Sequence record: SRR20825015_191
DNA length: 64,000 bases
Reading direction: 5' to 3' (one strand)
Shown one piece after another: positions 19,288 through 27,490 of this stretch (position 1 is its first letter; each line of letters begins with the position of its first letter). Made by a program: the position numbers and the translations under genes. The notes beneath the pieces are model-generated. The model saw only the letters and a list, made by a program, of their open reading frames with translations, was not told the DNA's origin and made no database searches.

Positions 19288-20682
19288 ATGAAACAATTTC
19301 CGAATAACTTTACTTGGGGGGCGGCGACGGCGGCGTATCAGATTGAGGGTGGTTGGAATGAGGGTGGACGGGGGCCGAGCATTTGGGATGCGTTTACGCA
19401 TACACCGGGCAAAACAAACCTGGGGCAAACCGCTGATGTGACCTGCAATCATTTTCACCGGATGGAGGAGGATGTCGCGTTGATGAAGGCGATGGGGCTA
19501 CAGGCTTATCGATTTTCGCTCTCGTGGAGCCGGATCATGCCACTCGGTCGTGGCGAGGTGAATGAGGAGGGCGTGGCATTTTACAATCAGTTGATCGATG
19601 CGCTGCTGGCCAACGGAATCACGCCATGGGTCACGCTTTATCACTGGGATTTGCCGCTGGCGCTGCAGATGGAAACGGACGGGCTGCTCAATCCTGAAGT
19701 GGCCGATCAGTTCGCGGATTATGCGGAGGTCTGTTTCACGCGATTCGGAGATCGGGTGAAACACTGGATCACTCTGAACGAACCCTGGTGCAGTGCGGTG
19801 CTCGGACACGGGATCGGCTATTTCGCGCCGGGGCGCGTGAGCACGTCGGAACCGTATCTCGCGGCGCACAATTTGATCCGCGCACATGGCAAAATCGTCG
19901 ATGTTTATCGGCGCAAGTTTCAGGCGGAGCAGCAGGGCGTGATTGGGATCACCAACAACTGCGATTGGCGCGAGCCGAAGACGGACAGCGCAGCGGATCG
20001 CGCCGCGGCACAGCGCGGGCTGGAGTTTTTTATCGGTTGGTTTGCCGATCCGATCTACCTCGGCGATTACCCTGCAGTGATGCGCGAGCGAGTGGGGGAT
20101 CGTCTGCCGTATTTTACGGAGGAGGAGAAGGCGATGCTCAAGGGCTCGAGCGATTTCTTCGGGTTGAATTTTTACGGCGGCATGTATGCGGCGGAGCCAC
20201 CGGCTGGCGAGCGGGTGACTTCGACCAAGCCAACGGGGAATGGTGGCATGTCGGAGGATCAACAGGTCGAATTATCCGATGATCCTGTATGGGAGAAAAC
20301 CGATATGGATTGGAATGTCGTGCCGGATTTCTGCCGGAAGATGCTGGGATGGATCGATGAACGCTATGGGCATCCGCCGATTTACATTACGGAAAACGGC
20401 TGCGCGTTGCCCGCGGAAGACGATGTTGACGTGGCGGTGAATGATGAACGCCGGAGTGATTTTATTAACCGCTACCTTTCATCGTGTCACGAGGCGATCA
20501 ATACGGACGGCGTGGATTTGTGCGGCTATTTCGTGTGGACGTTGATGGATAATTTCGAGTGGGCCTCCGGTTACAGCAAACGCTTCGGTCTGCACCACGT
20601 GGATTTCGCCACGGGCAAGCGCACGCCGAAAAAATCGGCGTCATGGTATGCTGGTGTGATGGCGCGGAACGGGGTGGAGTAA
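19288..20682 (+). CDS. GH1 beta-glucosidase
   Basis: FTWGAATAAYQIEGG, YRFSLSWSRI, TLYHWDLP, TLNEP (acid/base), ITENG (nucleophile), DNFEWA; ATG at 19288. Confidence 0.97.
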   Translation: MKQFPNNFTWGAATAAYQIEGGWNEGGRGPSIWDAFTHTPGKTNLGQTADVTCNHFHRMEEDVALMKAMGLQAYRFSLSWSRIMPLGRGEVNEEGVAFYNQLIDALLANGITPWVTLYHWDLPLALQMETDGLLNPEVADQFADYAEVCFTRFGDRVKHWITLNEPWCSAVLGHGIGYFAPGRVSTSEPYLAAHNLIRAHGKIVDVYRRKFQAEQQGVIGITNNCDWREPKTDSAADRAAAQRGLEFFIGWFADPIYLGDYPAVMRERVGDRLPYFTEEEKAMLKGSSDFFGLNFYGGMYAAEPPAGERVTSTKPTGNGGMSEDQQVELSDDPVWEKTDMDWNVVPDFCRKMLGWIDERYGHPPIYITENGCALPAEDDVDVAVNDERRSDFINRYLSSCHEAINTDGVDLCGYFVWTLMDNFEWASGYSKRFGLHHVDFATGKRTPKKSASWYAGVMARNGVE

Positions 20683-20800
20683 GATGGGAGTTAAAACCAC
20701 GAATTACCTCTAAAGACACGAAAGGGATCTGATGGCCGTGTGGTTGATGCGCTGGTCCCTTGCAGTTTCGACCCTGCTTGTGAATTTCTAAAAACTGACA

Positions 20801-20922
20801 AGTTGGGATCAGTCTTCCCGAACTACAGTTGATGCAACCCCCGGTCTTGGATTTGAGGTGGACCCGCACGTCCCTGTTCCGGTGTGATGTGCTCGACGTG
20901 CAGTGGGACCTGCACGTCCACC
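20801..20922. repeat. REP cluster: one GTAG-type plus an inverted GGTGGA-family doublet
   Basis: 20826-20801 GTAGTTCGGGAAGACTGATCCCAACT; 20857-20884 GGTGGACCCGCACGTCCC...; 20922-20895 GGTGGACGTGCAGGTCCCACTGCACGTC; lies between convergent genes. Confidence 0.65.
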
Positions 20923-20952
20923 TTTAGTGAGCGTAGCAAAAGGCGACAGGTA

Positions 20953-21888
20953 TTACCCACTGCCGTGCGGTGTGGTGAGATCGAGGATCGGGCCGAGCGG
21001 GACGATTCGGGTGGGATTGATATCCGTGTGGGTCGCGTAGTAGTGACGTTTGATGTGATCAAAATTCACGGTCTCGGCGATGCCGGGAAGTTGATAGAGG
21101 TCGCGCAGGTAGCCATGCAGATTCGGGTAATCGACGATCCGCCGGAGGTTGCACTTGAAGTGGCCGTGGTAAACGGAATCGAAACGCACGAGCGTGCAGA
21201 AGAGACGCCAGTCGGTTTCGATGGGTTGGTCGCCGATCAGGTAGCGTGATTGGCCGAGGCGCGTTTCGAGTGAATCGAGAGTGTCGAACAGCGCGGCAAC
21301 AGCTTTTACGTAAGCGGACTGTGTGGTGGCGAATCCAGCGCGGTATACGCCGTTGTTGACGGATTCGTATATCGTGTCGCTGAGCTTGGTCTGTTCATCG
21401 GCTAAGGCTGCGGGAAAAAGGTCAGGCGTGCCGCCGCCGGGGGTGGCGAATTCGTCATTGAACATGCGGCAGATGTCGTCCTCGGAATTGTTGACGATGG
21501 TCTTGGTCTGTTTGTCCCAGAGAACGGGGACGGTCCAGCGTCCGCGAAAGGTCGGATCGGAGGTGCGGTAGGCTTCGCTCAGAAATTGAAACCCGTTGAG
21601 GTGATCGGCGGTATGACCGTCGCCCTCGCGGAAAGCCCAACCGCGCTCGTCACGGATCGGATCGACCGCGGTGAATCCGATGATGGTATCGAGTTGCCGG
21701 AGATGGCGCACGATCAGCGTGCGGTGTGCCCAAGGGCATGCGAGACAGATGTAGAGATGATAGCGATCGGCATCGGGAGTGTAGGGGGTCGAATCATCGC
21801 GTCTCACCCAGTGGCGAAAGGCGTCCTCCTGCCGTTCGAATTCGCCGTCGGCACTGTTTTCATCGGGGAACTGGGCGGAAGAACTCAT
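20953..21888 (-). CDS. yqjG: glutathionyl-hydroquinone reductase (YqjG/ECM4, GST Xi class)
   Basis: RYHLYICLACPWAHR, TVPVLWDK, IVNNSE, NNGVYRAGFA, LVRFDSVYHGHFKCN, HIKRHYY. Confidence 0.95.
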   Translation of the reverse strand: MSSSAQFPDENSADGEFERQEDAFRHWVRRDDSTPYTPDADRYHLYICLACPWAHRTLIVRHLRQLDTIIGFTAVDPIRDERGWAFREGDGHTADHLNGFQFLSEAYRTSDPTFRGRWTVPVLWDKQTKTIVNNSEDDICRMFNDEFATPGGGTPDLFPAALADEQTKLSDTIYESVNNGVYRAGFATTQSAYVKAVAALFDTLDSLETRLGQSRYLIGDQPIETDWRLFCTLVRFDSVYHGHFKCNLRRIVDYPNLHGYLRDLYQLPGIAETVNFDHIKRHYYATHTDINPTRIVPLGPILDLTTPHGSG

Positions 21889-21989
21889 GAGAGAAAGCTG
21901 AACAGGATTCGCGGGAGGGCAAATCAGCGAGGAGAAATGTGACGTGATCGGCGATTGCTATCGGGGGTGGAAACCGCTCGTCTCCGGCG

Positions 21990-23156
21990 ATGACCGTCCG
22001 TCCCCGACTACTGACATATCTTTGTTATGCAGGCATGATGAGCCTGTCGATCGGGCTGAATCTGTTGCCGGTATTTCTGACGACTTTGAGTGAGCTCTAT
22101 GGTGGGGCGGAAGGATTAAGCGGCGAACAGCTGGGGCGTCTGGGGGCGATCTCCTTTGCGGGATTGGTGGTGGGGATTGTGATCACCGGGCCGCTGGCGG
22201 ATCGCTGGGGGGCGAAACCTTTTGCGCAACTGGGCAACGCATTCGTGGCGGTGAGTCTGGCGGTGGCGGCGTTCGCGCCGAATTACACGACGCTGGCAAT
22301 CACGGTATTTTTTCTGGGAATGGGCGCGGGCCTGCTCGACATGGTGTTGAGTCCGATCGTGGCGGCGCTCAATCCGACGCGTCGGGCGGCGGCGATGAAT
22401 TGGCTGCATTCGTTTTTCTGCGTGGGAGCGGTGGTGACGATTCTCGCGGGGACGTTGGCCTTGAAATTGGGCTACGGATGGCGGACGGCGTGCTTGATCA
22501 TGCTGCCTTTGCCGGTGGGCCTGATGGTGGCGTTTGCACCGTTGAGGTTTCCTGCTTTGAGCATCGAAGGCGGGCGGTTGGGACTGCGCGCACTGTTGAG
22601 GAAGAAGTGGTTTTTGGTGGCGATGGTCGCGATTTTTCTGGGAGGGGCGACGGAGCTGGGGATGGCGCAATGGCTGCCGGCCTATGCCGAAACATCGCTC
22701 GGTTACCCGGTGTGGGTGGGCGGTTCGGCCCTGCTGCTCTTTTCGGTGGCCATGGCGCTGGGCCGGATGGTCGTGGCGGCGGTCGGCACGCGGTGGAATC
22801 CGTTTTTGGTGATGGCGTGGGGATGCGGATTATCGGTGGTGCTGTTTATGGTCGGATCGTTTTTTCCGGTGCCTCTCGTGGCGCTGATCGCGTGTATCCT
22901 GGTGGGATTTACGGGGAGCTGTTTGTGGCCGACGATGCTGGCGGTGACGGCGGATCGTTATCCGGATGGCGGCGCAACGATGTATGGCGCGTTGGGCGCG
23001 CTGGGCAATATGGGCGGGATTTTTATGCCATGGATCGTTGGCTGGGTGGCGGACTGGCATAACCTCCACTGGGGTTTGGCAGTTTCAGCACTGGCCCCTG
23101 TTTTGATGCTGCCGCTGGTGCTGGGGATGCGGGGTCGCCAAGCGAGACGAGGCTAA
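21990..23156 (+). CDS. MFS transporter (fucose/sugar permease-like)
   Basis: ~12 hydrophobic segments, motif A GPLADRWGAK, MNWLHSFFCVG. Confidence 0.9.
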   Translation: MTVRPRLLTYLCYAGMMSLSIGLNLLPVFLTTLSELYGGAEGLSGEQLGRLGAISFAGLVVGIVITGPLADRWGAKPFAQLGNAFVAVSLAVAAFAPNYTTLAITVFFLGMGAGLLDMVLSPIVAALNPTRRAAAMNWLHSFFCVGAVVTILAGTLALKLGYGWRTACLIMLPLPVGLMVAFAPLRFPALSIEGGRLGLRALLRKKWFLVAMVAIFLGGATELGMAQWLPAYAETSLGYPVWVGGSALLLFSVAMALGRMVVAAVGTRWNPFLVMAWGCGLSVVLFMVGSFFPVPLVALIACILVGFTGSCLWPTMLAVTADRYPDGGATMYGALGALGNMGGIFMPWIVGWVADWHNLHWGLAVSALAPVLMLPLVLGMRGRQARRG

Positions 23157-23197
23157 ACTTTACTTGTCAGGAGTGACAGTCTTGACTTACTGCGGAA

Positions 23198-23848
23198 ATG
23201 TTTATCGGTCATTTCGGGGCGGGTTTGGTGGCGAAGAAGTATGCTACGCGCGTTTCTTTGGGGACCTTGTTTTTGGCGGCGCAGTTAATCGATTTGATCT
23301 GGCCGACTTTGCTCTTGCTCGGTTGGGAGCGCGTGCGGATTGAGCCGGGACTCACGCCGGGGGTGCCGCTCGTATTTGAGCATTATCCGATTTCGCACAG
23401 TTTGCTGGCGGTGCTGTTGTGGGCGTTGGGCTTGGGGGTGGCTTACTACTTTTTGAAAAAGCAGCTACGAGGGGCGGTGGTGATCAGCTTGGCGGTAATC
23501 AGTCACTGGGTGCTCGATCTGGTGGTGCACGTGCCCGATTTGCCGTTGTATCCGGGGGACGCCCCCTTGTTGGGTTTGGGGCTGTGGAACTCGGTGATGT
23601 GGACCCAGGTGGTCGAGCTGAGCTTGCTTGCTCTCGGAGTGCTTTTTTACACTCGTGTCACCAAGTCCACGAATGGAAAAGGTCTCTGGGGCTTCGTGGG
23701 GCTGATCATCTTTCTACTCGTGATCCACGCAGGGAATGTGATGGGACCACCGCCGCCAAGCGTGACGGCGATTGCGTGGGTGGGGCAGGCACAGTGGTTA
23801 TTGGTGTTGTGGGCTTACTGGGTTGATCGTCACCGGGAAGTTCGTTAG
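23198..23848 (+). CDS. membrane-bound metal-dependent hydrolase (YdjM-like)
   Basis: MFIGH, QLIDLIWP, PISHSL, SHWVLDLVVH.PDL. Confidence 0.85.
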   Translation: MFIGHFGAGLVAKKYATRVSLGTLFLAAQLIDLIWPTLLLLGWERVRIEPGLTPGVPLVFEHYPISHSLLAVLLWALGLGVAYYFLKKQLRGAVVISLAVISHWVLDLVVHVPDLPLYPGDAPLLGLGLWNSVMWTQVVELSLLALGVLFYTRVTKSTNGKGLWGFVGLIIFLLVIHAGNVMGPPPPSVTAIAWVGQAQWLLVLWAYWVDRHREVR

Positions 23849-23856
23849 AAAGGCGG

Positions 23857-25902
23857 ATGCGTTCGCTGAAATTAGATAAATGTCGCCTGTCACTCCCTGC
23901 CGGATCGGAGTCGATTACTCTGCACTTGGTTGCGAGTGCCGCCGATGGCGAATGGTCTGAACTCCCATTGAGCGCAGGTGGCGCTGATCGTTATGCATTC
24001 GATGGCAAGGGGGTGCGCGGTCATCTTGCATGGATTACGGTGACTGAGGAACGGCGCGATTATGAACTGGCGTTCACGTCGGACGAGCCGGTGCGACTGC
24101 GATTGGGATTTAGTTGGAGTGGCAACAAGCAGGGTTTTCATCTCATCCCTGCTTGTATGTTCGGGGATAACAATCACGAGCTGGTGCGGCCGAATGAATT
24201 CCCGACCTTGCACGAACCGGTTGAAGGCAATCTGGCAGCGGCGCCATTGTGGGAATTTCGGGCGGATCGCGCGGCGTGTCCGGTCTCGATGTTGTGCACG
24301 GAAGCGGGCGTGGTGGGATTGTCGATCGATCCGTATTCAGATGACGAAAAGGCGACGGAGGGATTCATTCGCAACGGAGTATATTCGGCGTTGCCCAATG
24401 ATGGCGGCGTCAGTCTGGGCTACGGCAATGATCCTCTGACTTACGTGAACAAGATTATGTTTCGCGAGCCGACCGCCCATCGTTCGCTCGAGGCGAAGGC
24501 GTCGGGATCGTTTTACTGGTTGGCTGGAGCGGACAGGCTGGGCGCACACCGCATTGTTCGTGATCTCTATGAGCGGATGCGCGAAATCCCGCAGCATCAG
24601 CGGAGTCATGAAGAAGCTGCCCGCGCGTTGGCCGAAGGATTCATTCAACCGAACTGGAGCGAGGAGTTTGGCAACTATACCAATATGGCATGTCGGGTGC
24701 CGACGGATCCGGTGTTGAAAGCGTGGCGTCCGGTTTCGGAGATCGGTTGGACCGGTGGCGGGGTGTTTGCCTATCCGATGTTGATGGCGCAGGCGCGGAT
24801 GCCGGATCTGGTTTTCCCAAAAACCGCAGAGCAGATTCTCGATGAGATCATCGGCACGTGGAATGAGAAAAGCGGATTTTTCAATGATGTCGCGGGCCCG
24901 AGTCTGGTTGGCGTGCCCGGAGAAGGAGGGGTGATCAAAGAGGGCGAGATTAACGGTTGGTGGTCCGGTTTCATGCCGCACACGATGAACCGACACACGG
25001 CTTACACGAATGGTCATGCCACTTACTATTTGATGAAGTGTTCACGCTTGATGCGACGGGCTGGTGGCGATCCGACTGGGTGGGAAGACGCGGCGCTCAA
25101 CGTCTGCGATGCGGTGATCGAGATGCAGCGTCCCGATGGCGCGTTCGGTTATTTGTTTAGCGCTGGTCATCGGAAAGTGGTCGATTGGGACGGCTTTGCG
25201 GGTTGCTGGTTTGCAGCCGCGCTGCCGATCGCCTACGCCATGACGAAGAACGATTTCTATCTGAAAGCCGCCCGACGGGCGCTGCGTTACTACGGTCATG
25301 CAGTGACCAATCTGAACTGTTACGGCACGCCGATGGATACGTATAAGAGCGTCGATCAGGAAGGCATTCTCGCTTTCGTGCAGGCGGCACGATTGATGCA
25401 TGAAGTGACCGGAGAGGAAGAGTGGTTGCAGTATTTGCAGGCTGGAGCGGATTACGAATTGCTGTGGCGTTATGCCTATAAGGCGCGGCCGGAATACGCG
25501 CCGCTCAAGGGCACTGATTGGAATTCATGCGGCGGTTCGGTGACGTCGGTCTCCAATCCGCACATCCATCCGATGGGCCTCGTGATCACGGAGCCGCTGC
25601 TCTATCTGGCCGATCAACTGGGTGACGAGTATTACCGTGAGCGCGCGGAAGATGGCGTCGCGTGGGCGTTGCAGACCTTGGAGCTCTATCCGGAAGTGTC
25701 GGGCTACGGTCCGTATGGCGTGATGACCGAGCGGTATTGTCCGAGTGACGGACTCACGATTGAAACTTTCGAAGACACCGGTGAACCCGCGAGCATGTGG
25801 TGGAGTTACAATGCCTGGGCCGCGGCCAATGTGCTGGAGGGCTTGCTCGATTCGATGAATCTCACCGACGCTTCAAAAGCAAACGCATCACCTGATAGTT
25901 GA
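23857..25902 (+). CDS. hypothetical protein, probable (alpha/alpha)6-barrel glycosidase-like
   Basis: 681-aa ORF, Trp/Tyr/Gly-rich C-terminal half with helix-repeat patterns (MQRPDGAF, TKNDFYLKAA, TGEEEWLQY, LGDEYYRERA). Confidence 0.65.
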   Translation: MRSLKLDKCRLSLPAGSESITLHLVASAADGEWSELPLSAGGADRYAFDGKGVRGHLAWITVTEERRDYELAFTSDEPVRLRLGFSWSGNKQGFHLIPACMFGDNNHELVRPNEFPTLHEPVEGNLAAAPLWEFRADRAACPVSMLCTEAGVVGLSIDPYSDDEKATEGFIRNGVYSALPNDGGVSLGYGNDPLTYVNKIMFREPTAHRSLEAKASGSFYWLAGADRLGAHRIVRDLYERMREIPQHQRSHEEAARALAEGFIQPNWSEEFGNYTNMACRVPTDPVLKAWRPVSEIGWTGGGVFAYPMLMAQARMPDLVFPKTAEQILDEIIGTWNEKSGFFNDVAGPSLVGVPGEGGVIKEGEINGWWSGFMPHTMNRHTAYTNGHATYYLMKCSRLMRRAGGDPTGWEDAALNVCDAVIEMQRPDGAFGYLFSAGHRKVVDWDGFAGCWFAAALPIAYAMTKNDFYLKAARRALRYYGHAVTNLNCYGTPMDTYKSVDQEGILAFVQAARLMHEVTGEEEWLQYLQAGADYELLWRYAYKARPEYAPLKGTDWNSCGGSVTSVSNPHIHPMGLVITEPLLYLADQLGDEYYRERAEDGVAWALQTLELYPEVSGYGPYGVMTERYCPSDGLTIETFEDTGEPASMWWSYNAWAAANVLEGLLDSMNLTDASKANASPDS

Positions 25903-25932
25903 CGTGCTTGCTCGGGGGATTTTTGGGAAAAT

Positions 25933-26112
25933 TGCAGGGCGGGGATTCCGTTCCCCGCCTGCGATTATCCACAGACTTTCAAGGCGGGTTTCGGAGATCC
26001 CGCCCTGCAGTTGTAGTGTATCTCTATGCTTGGATCCGGTAGGCGGCCTGTTTGCAGGCGCTGGTGTGAATCGGCGTTGGCATGATTTTGCGCGAGCGAG
26101 CTCGCGGCCTAC
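25933..26112. repeat. two inverted REP doublets (GCAG/GTAG family)
   Basis: TGCAGGGCGGGGATTCCGTTCCCCGCCT (25933-25960) with inverted partner 25982-26009; GTAGGCGGCCTGTTTGCAGGCG (26039-26060) with inverted GTAGGCCGCGAGCTCGCTCGCG (26112-26091). Confidence 0.65.
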
Positions 26113-27336
26113 TCAGTCCTGAGCTTTGCCCGGTTCGAGATTCGGCAGCAAGGCGGTGAGTAGGCCGATCAAGGGGAGGAAGCTGCAGAGGTGGAAGACG
26201 TGGGCGATGCTGGTCTGATCGGCCATCCAGCCGAGGACGGCTGAACCGATGCCGGCGACACCGAAGGCGAACCCAAAGAAGATCCCACTGATCAATCCGA
26301 CTTTCCCCGGCATGAGTTCCTGCGCGTAGACCAGGATGGCCGAAAATGCGGACGCGAGGACCACGCCGATAATTACGGAGAGCACGGCGGTGCCCATCAA
26401 CCCCATCGAAGGTAGCAACAGCGTGAAGGGCGCAGTGCCGAGAATGGAAACCCAGATGACTTTTTTACGTCCGTAACGATCGCCAATTGGTCCGCCGAGA
26501 ATCGTGCCGGCGGCGACGGCGAAGAGGAACAGAAAGAGGTAGAGTTGGGATTGGGTGGCGGAGATCCCGAAGCGATCGATCAGATAAAACGTATAGTAGC
26601 TCGTGAGACTGACGAGGTAGATGTATTTGGAGAAGATGAGCAGGGCCAAAACCGAGAGAGCGAGGATGAGGCGATTGTGCGGCTGAGGCGGGAGGATGTC
26701 CGGAGTCGTGGCGGGTCGGGTGCGTTTGAGATGCGCGAGCTTTTCACGATACCAGCGACCGACCCGCGTAAGCACGCCGATACCGAGGAAGGCGAGGAGC
26801 GCAAACCAGAGGACGTGGATTTGGCCCCGCGTCATGATGACGGCGGCGGCGAGGAGCGGGCCGAGGGCACTGCCGAAATTACCGCCGACTTGAAAGAGCG
26901 ATTGAGCGAAGCCGTGTTTGCCGCCCGACGCGAGCCGGGCGAGCCGCGACGCTTCGGGATGAAAAATCGAGGAACCTGCGCCGATGAGTGCGGCGGAAAG
27001 CAGAATAACGGTGTAGCTTGGCGCCAGCGCGAGCATGACGAGACCGCCGAGGGTCAGGGTCATGCCGACGGGCAACGAGAAGGGCATCGGGCGGCGATCC
27101 GTGTAATTGCCGACGAGGGGTTGGAGCAACGAGGCGGTGCATTGGAACACCAGCGTGATCAGTCCGATCTGCGTAAAACTGAGGGCAAACTCGGTTTTCA
27201 GGAGAGGATAGATCGAGGGCACAATCGCCTGAATAATGTCGTTGAGCATGTGTGAAATGCTCAGCGCCACGAGCACCTTCATGGCGGTGCGGGGGGCTTC
27301 CTGATTTATATGGCCAGTGCGATCATCGGCAGACAT
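26113..27336 (-). CDS. fsr: Fsr-family MFS transporter (fosmidomycin resistance protein-like)
   Basis: SHMLND, ASLLQPLVG.YTDRRP, FHPEASRLARLASGGKHGFAQSLFQVGGNFGSALGPL, GGPIGDRYGRK, VYAQELMPG. Confidence 0.88.
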   Translation of the reverse strand: MSADDRTGHINQEAPRTAMKVLVALSISHMLNDIIQAIVPSIYPLLKTEFALSFTQIGLITLVFQCTASLLQPLVGNYTDRRPMPFSLPVGMTLTLGGLVMLALAPSYTVILLSAALIGAGSSIFHPEASRLARLASGGKHGFAQSLFQVGGNFGSALGPLLAAAVIMTRGQIHVLWFALLAFLGIGVLTRVGRWYREKLAHLKRTRPATTPDILPPQPHNRLILALSVLALLIFSKYIYLVSLTSYYTFYLIDRFGISATQSQLYLFLFLFAVAAGTILGGPIGDRYGRKKVIWVSILGTAPFTLLLPSMGLMGTAVLSVIIGVVLASAFSAILVYAQELMPGKVGLISGIFFGFAFGVAGIGSAVLGWMADQTSIAHVFHLCSFLPLIGLLTALLPNLEPGKAQD

Positions 27337-27490
27337 CCGGCCAAGGTGAAGTGAAACCGTCCCACGGCAATCTAAGCGTATTAATATATGTCAACTAATA
27401 GTTGACGTGTGCCGTATTTGTTTTTTGAGGGGTGGCTGGGTAATGAGGCTTCCATTTTATTTTTCCCACTCAAGTGTCGCTCGACTATCT

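Noticed and set aside
26113-27336. fsr plus dxr as a fosmidomycin self-resistance or phosphonate biosynthesis cluster
   Set aside because: The genes are ~19 kb apart, Fsr-family transporters are widespread, and no PEP mutase or other phosphonate genes are present.
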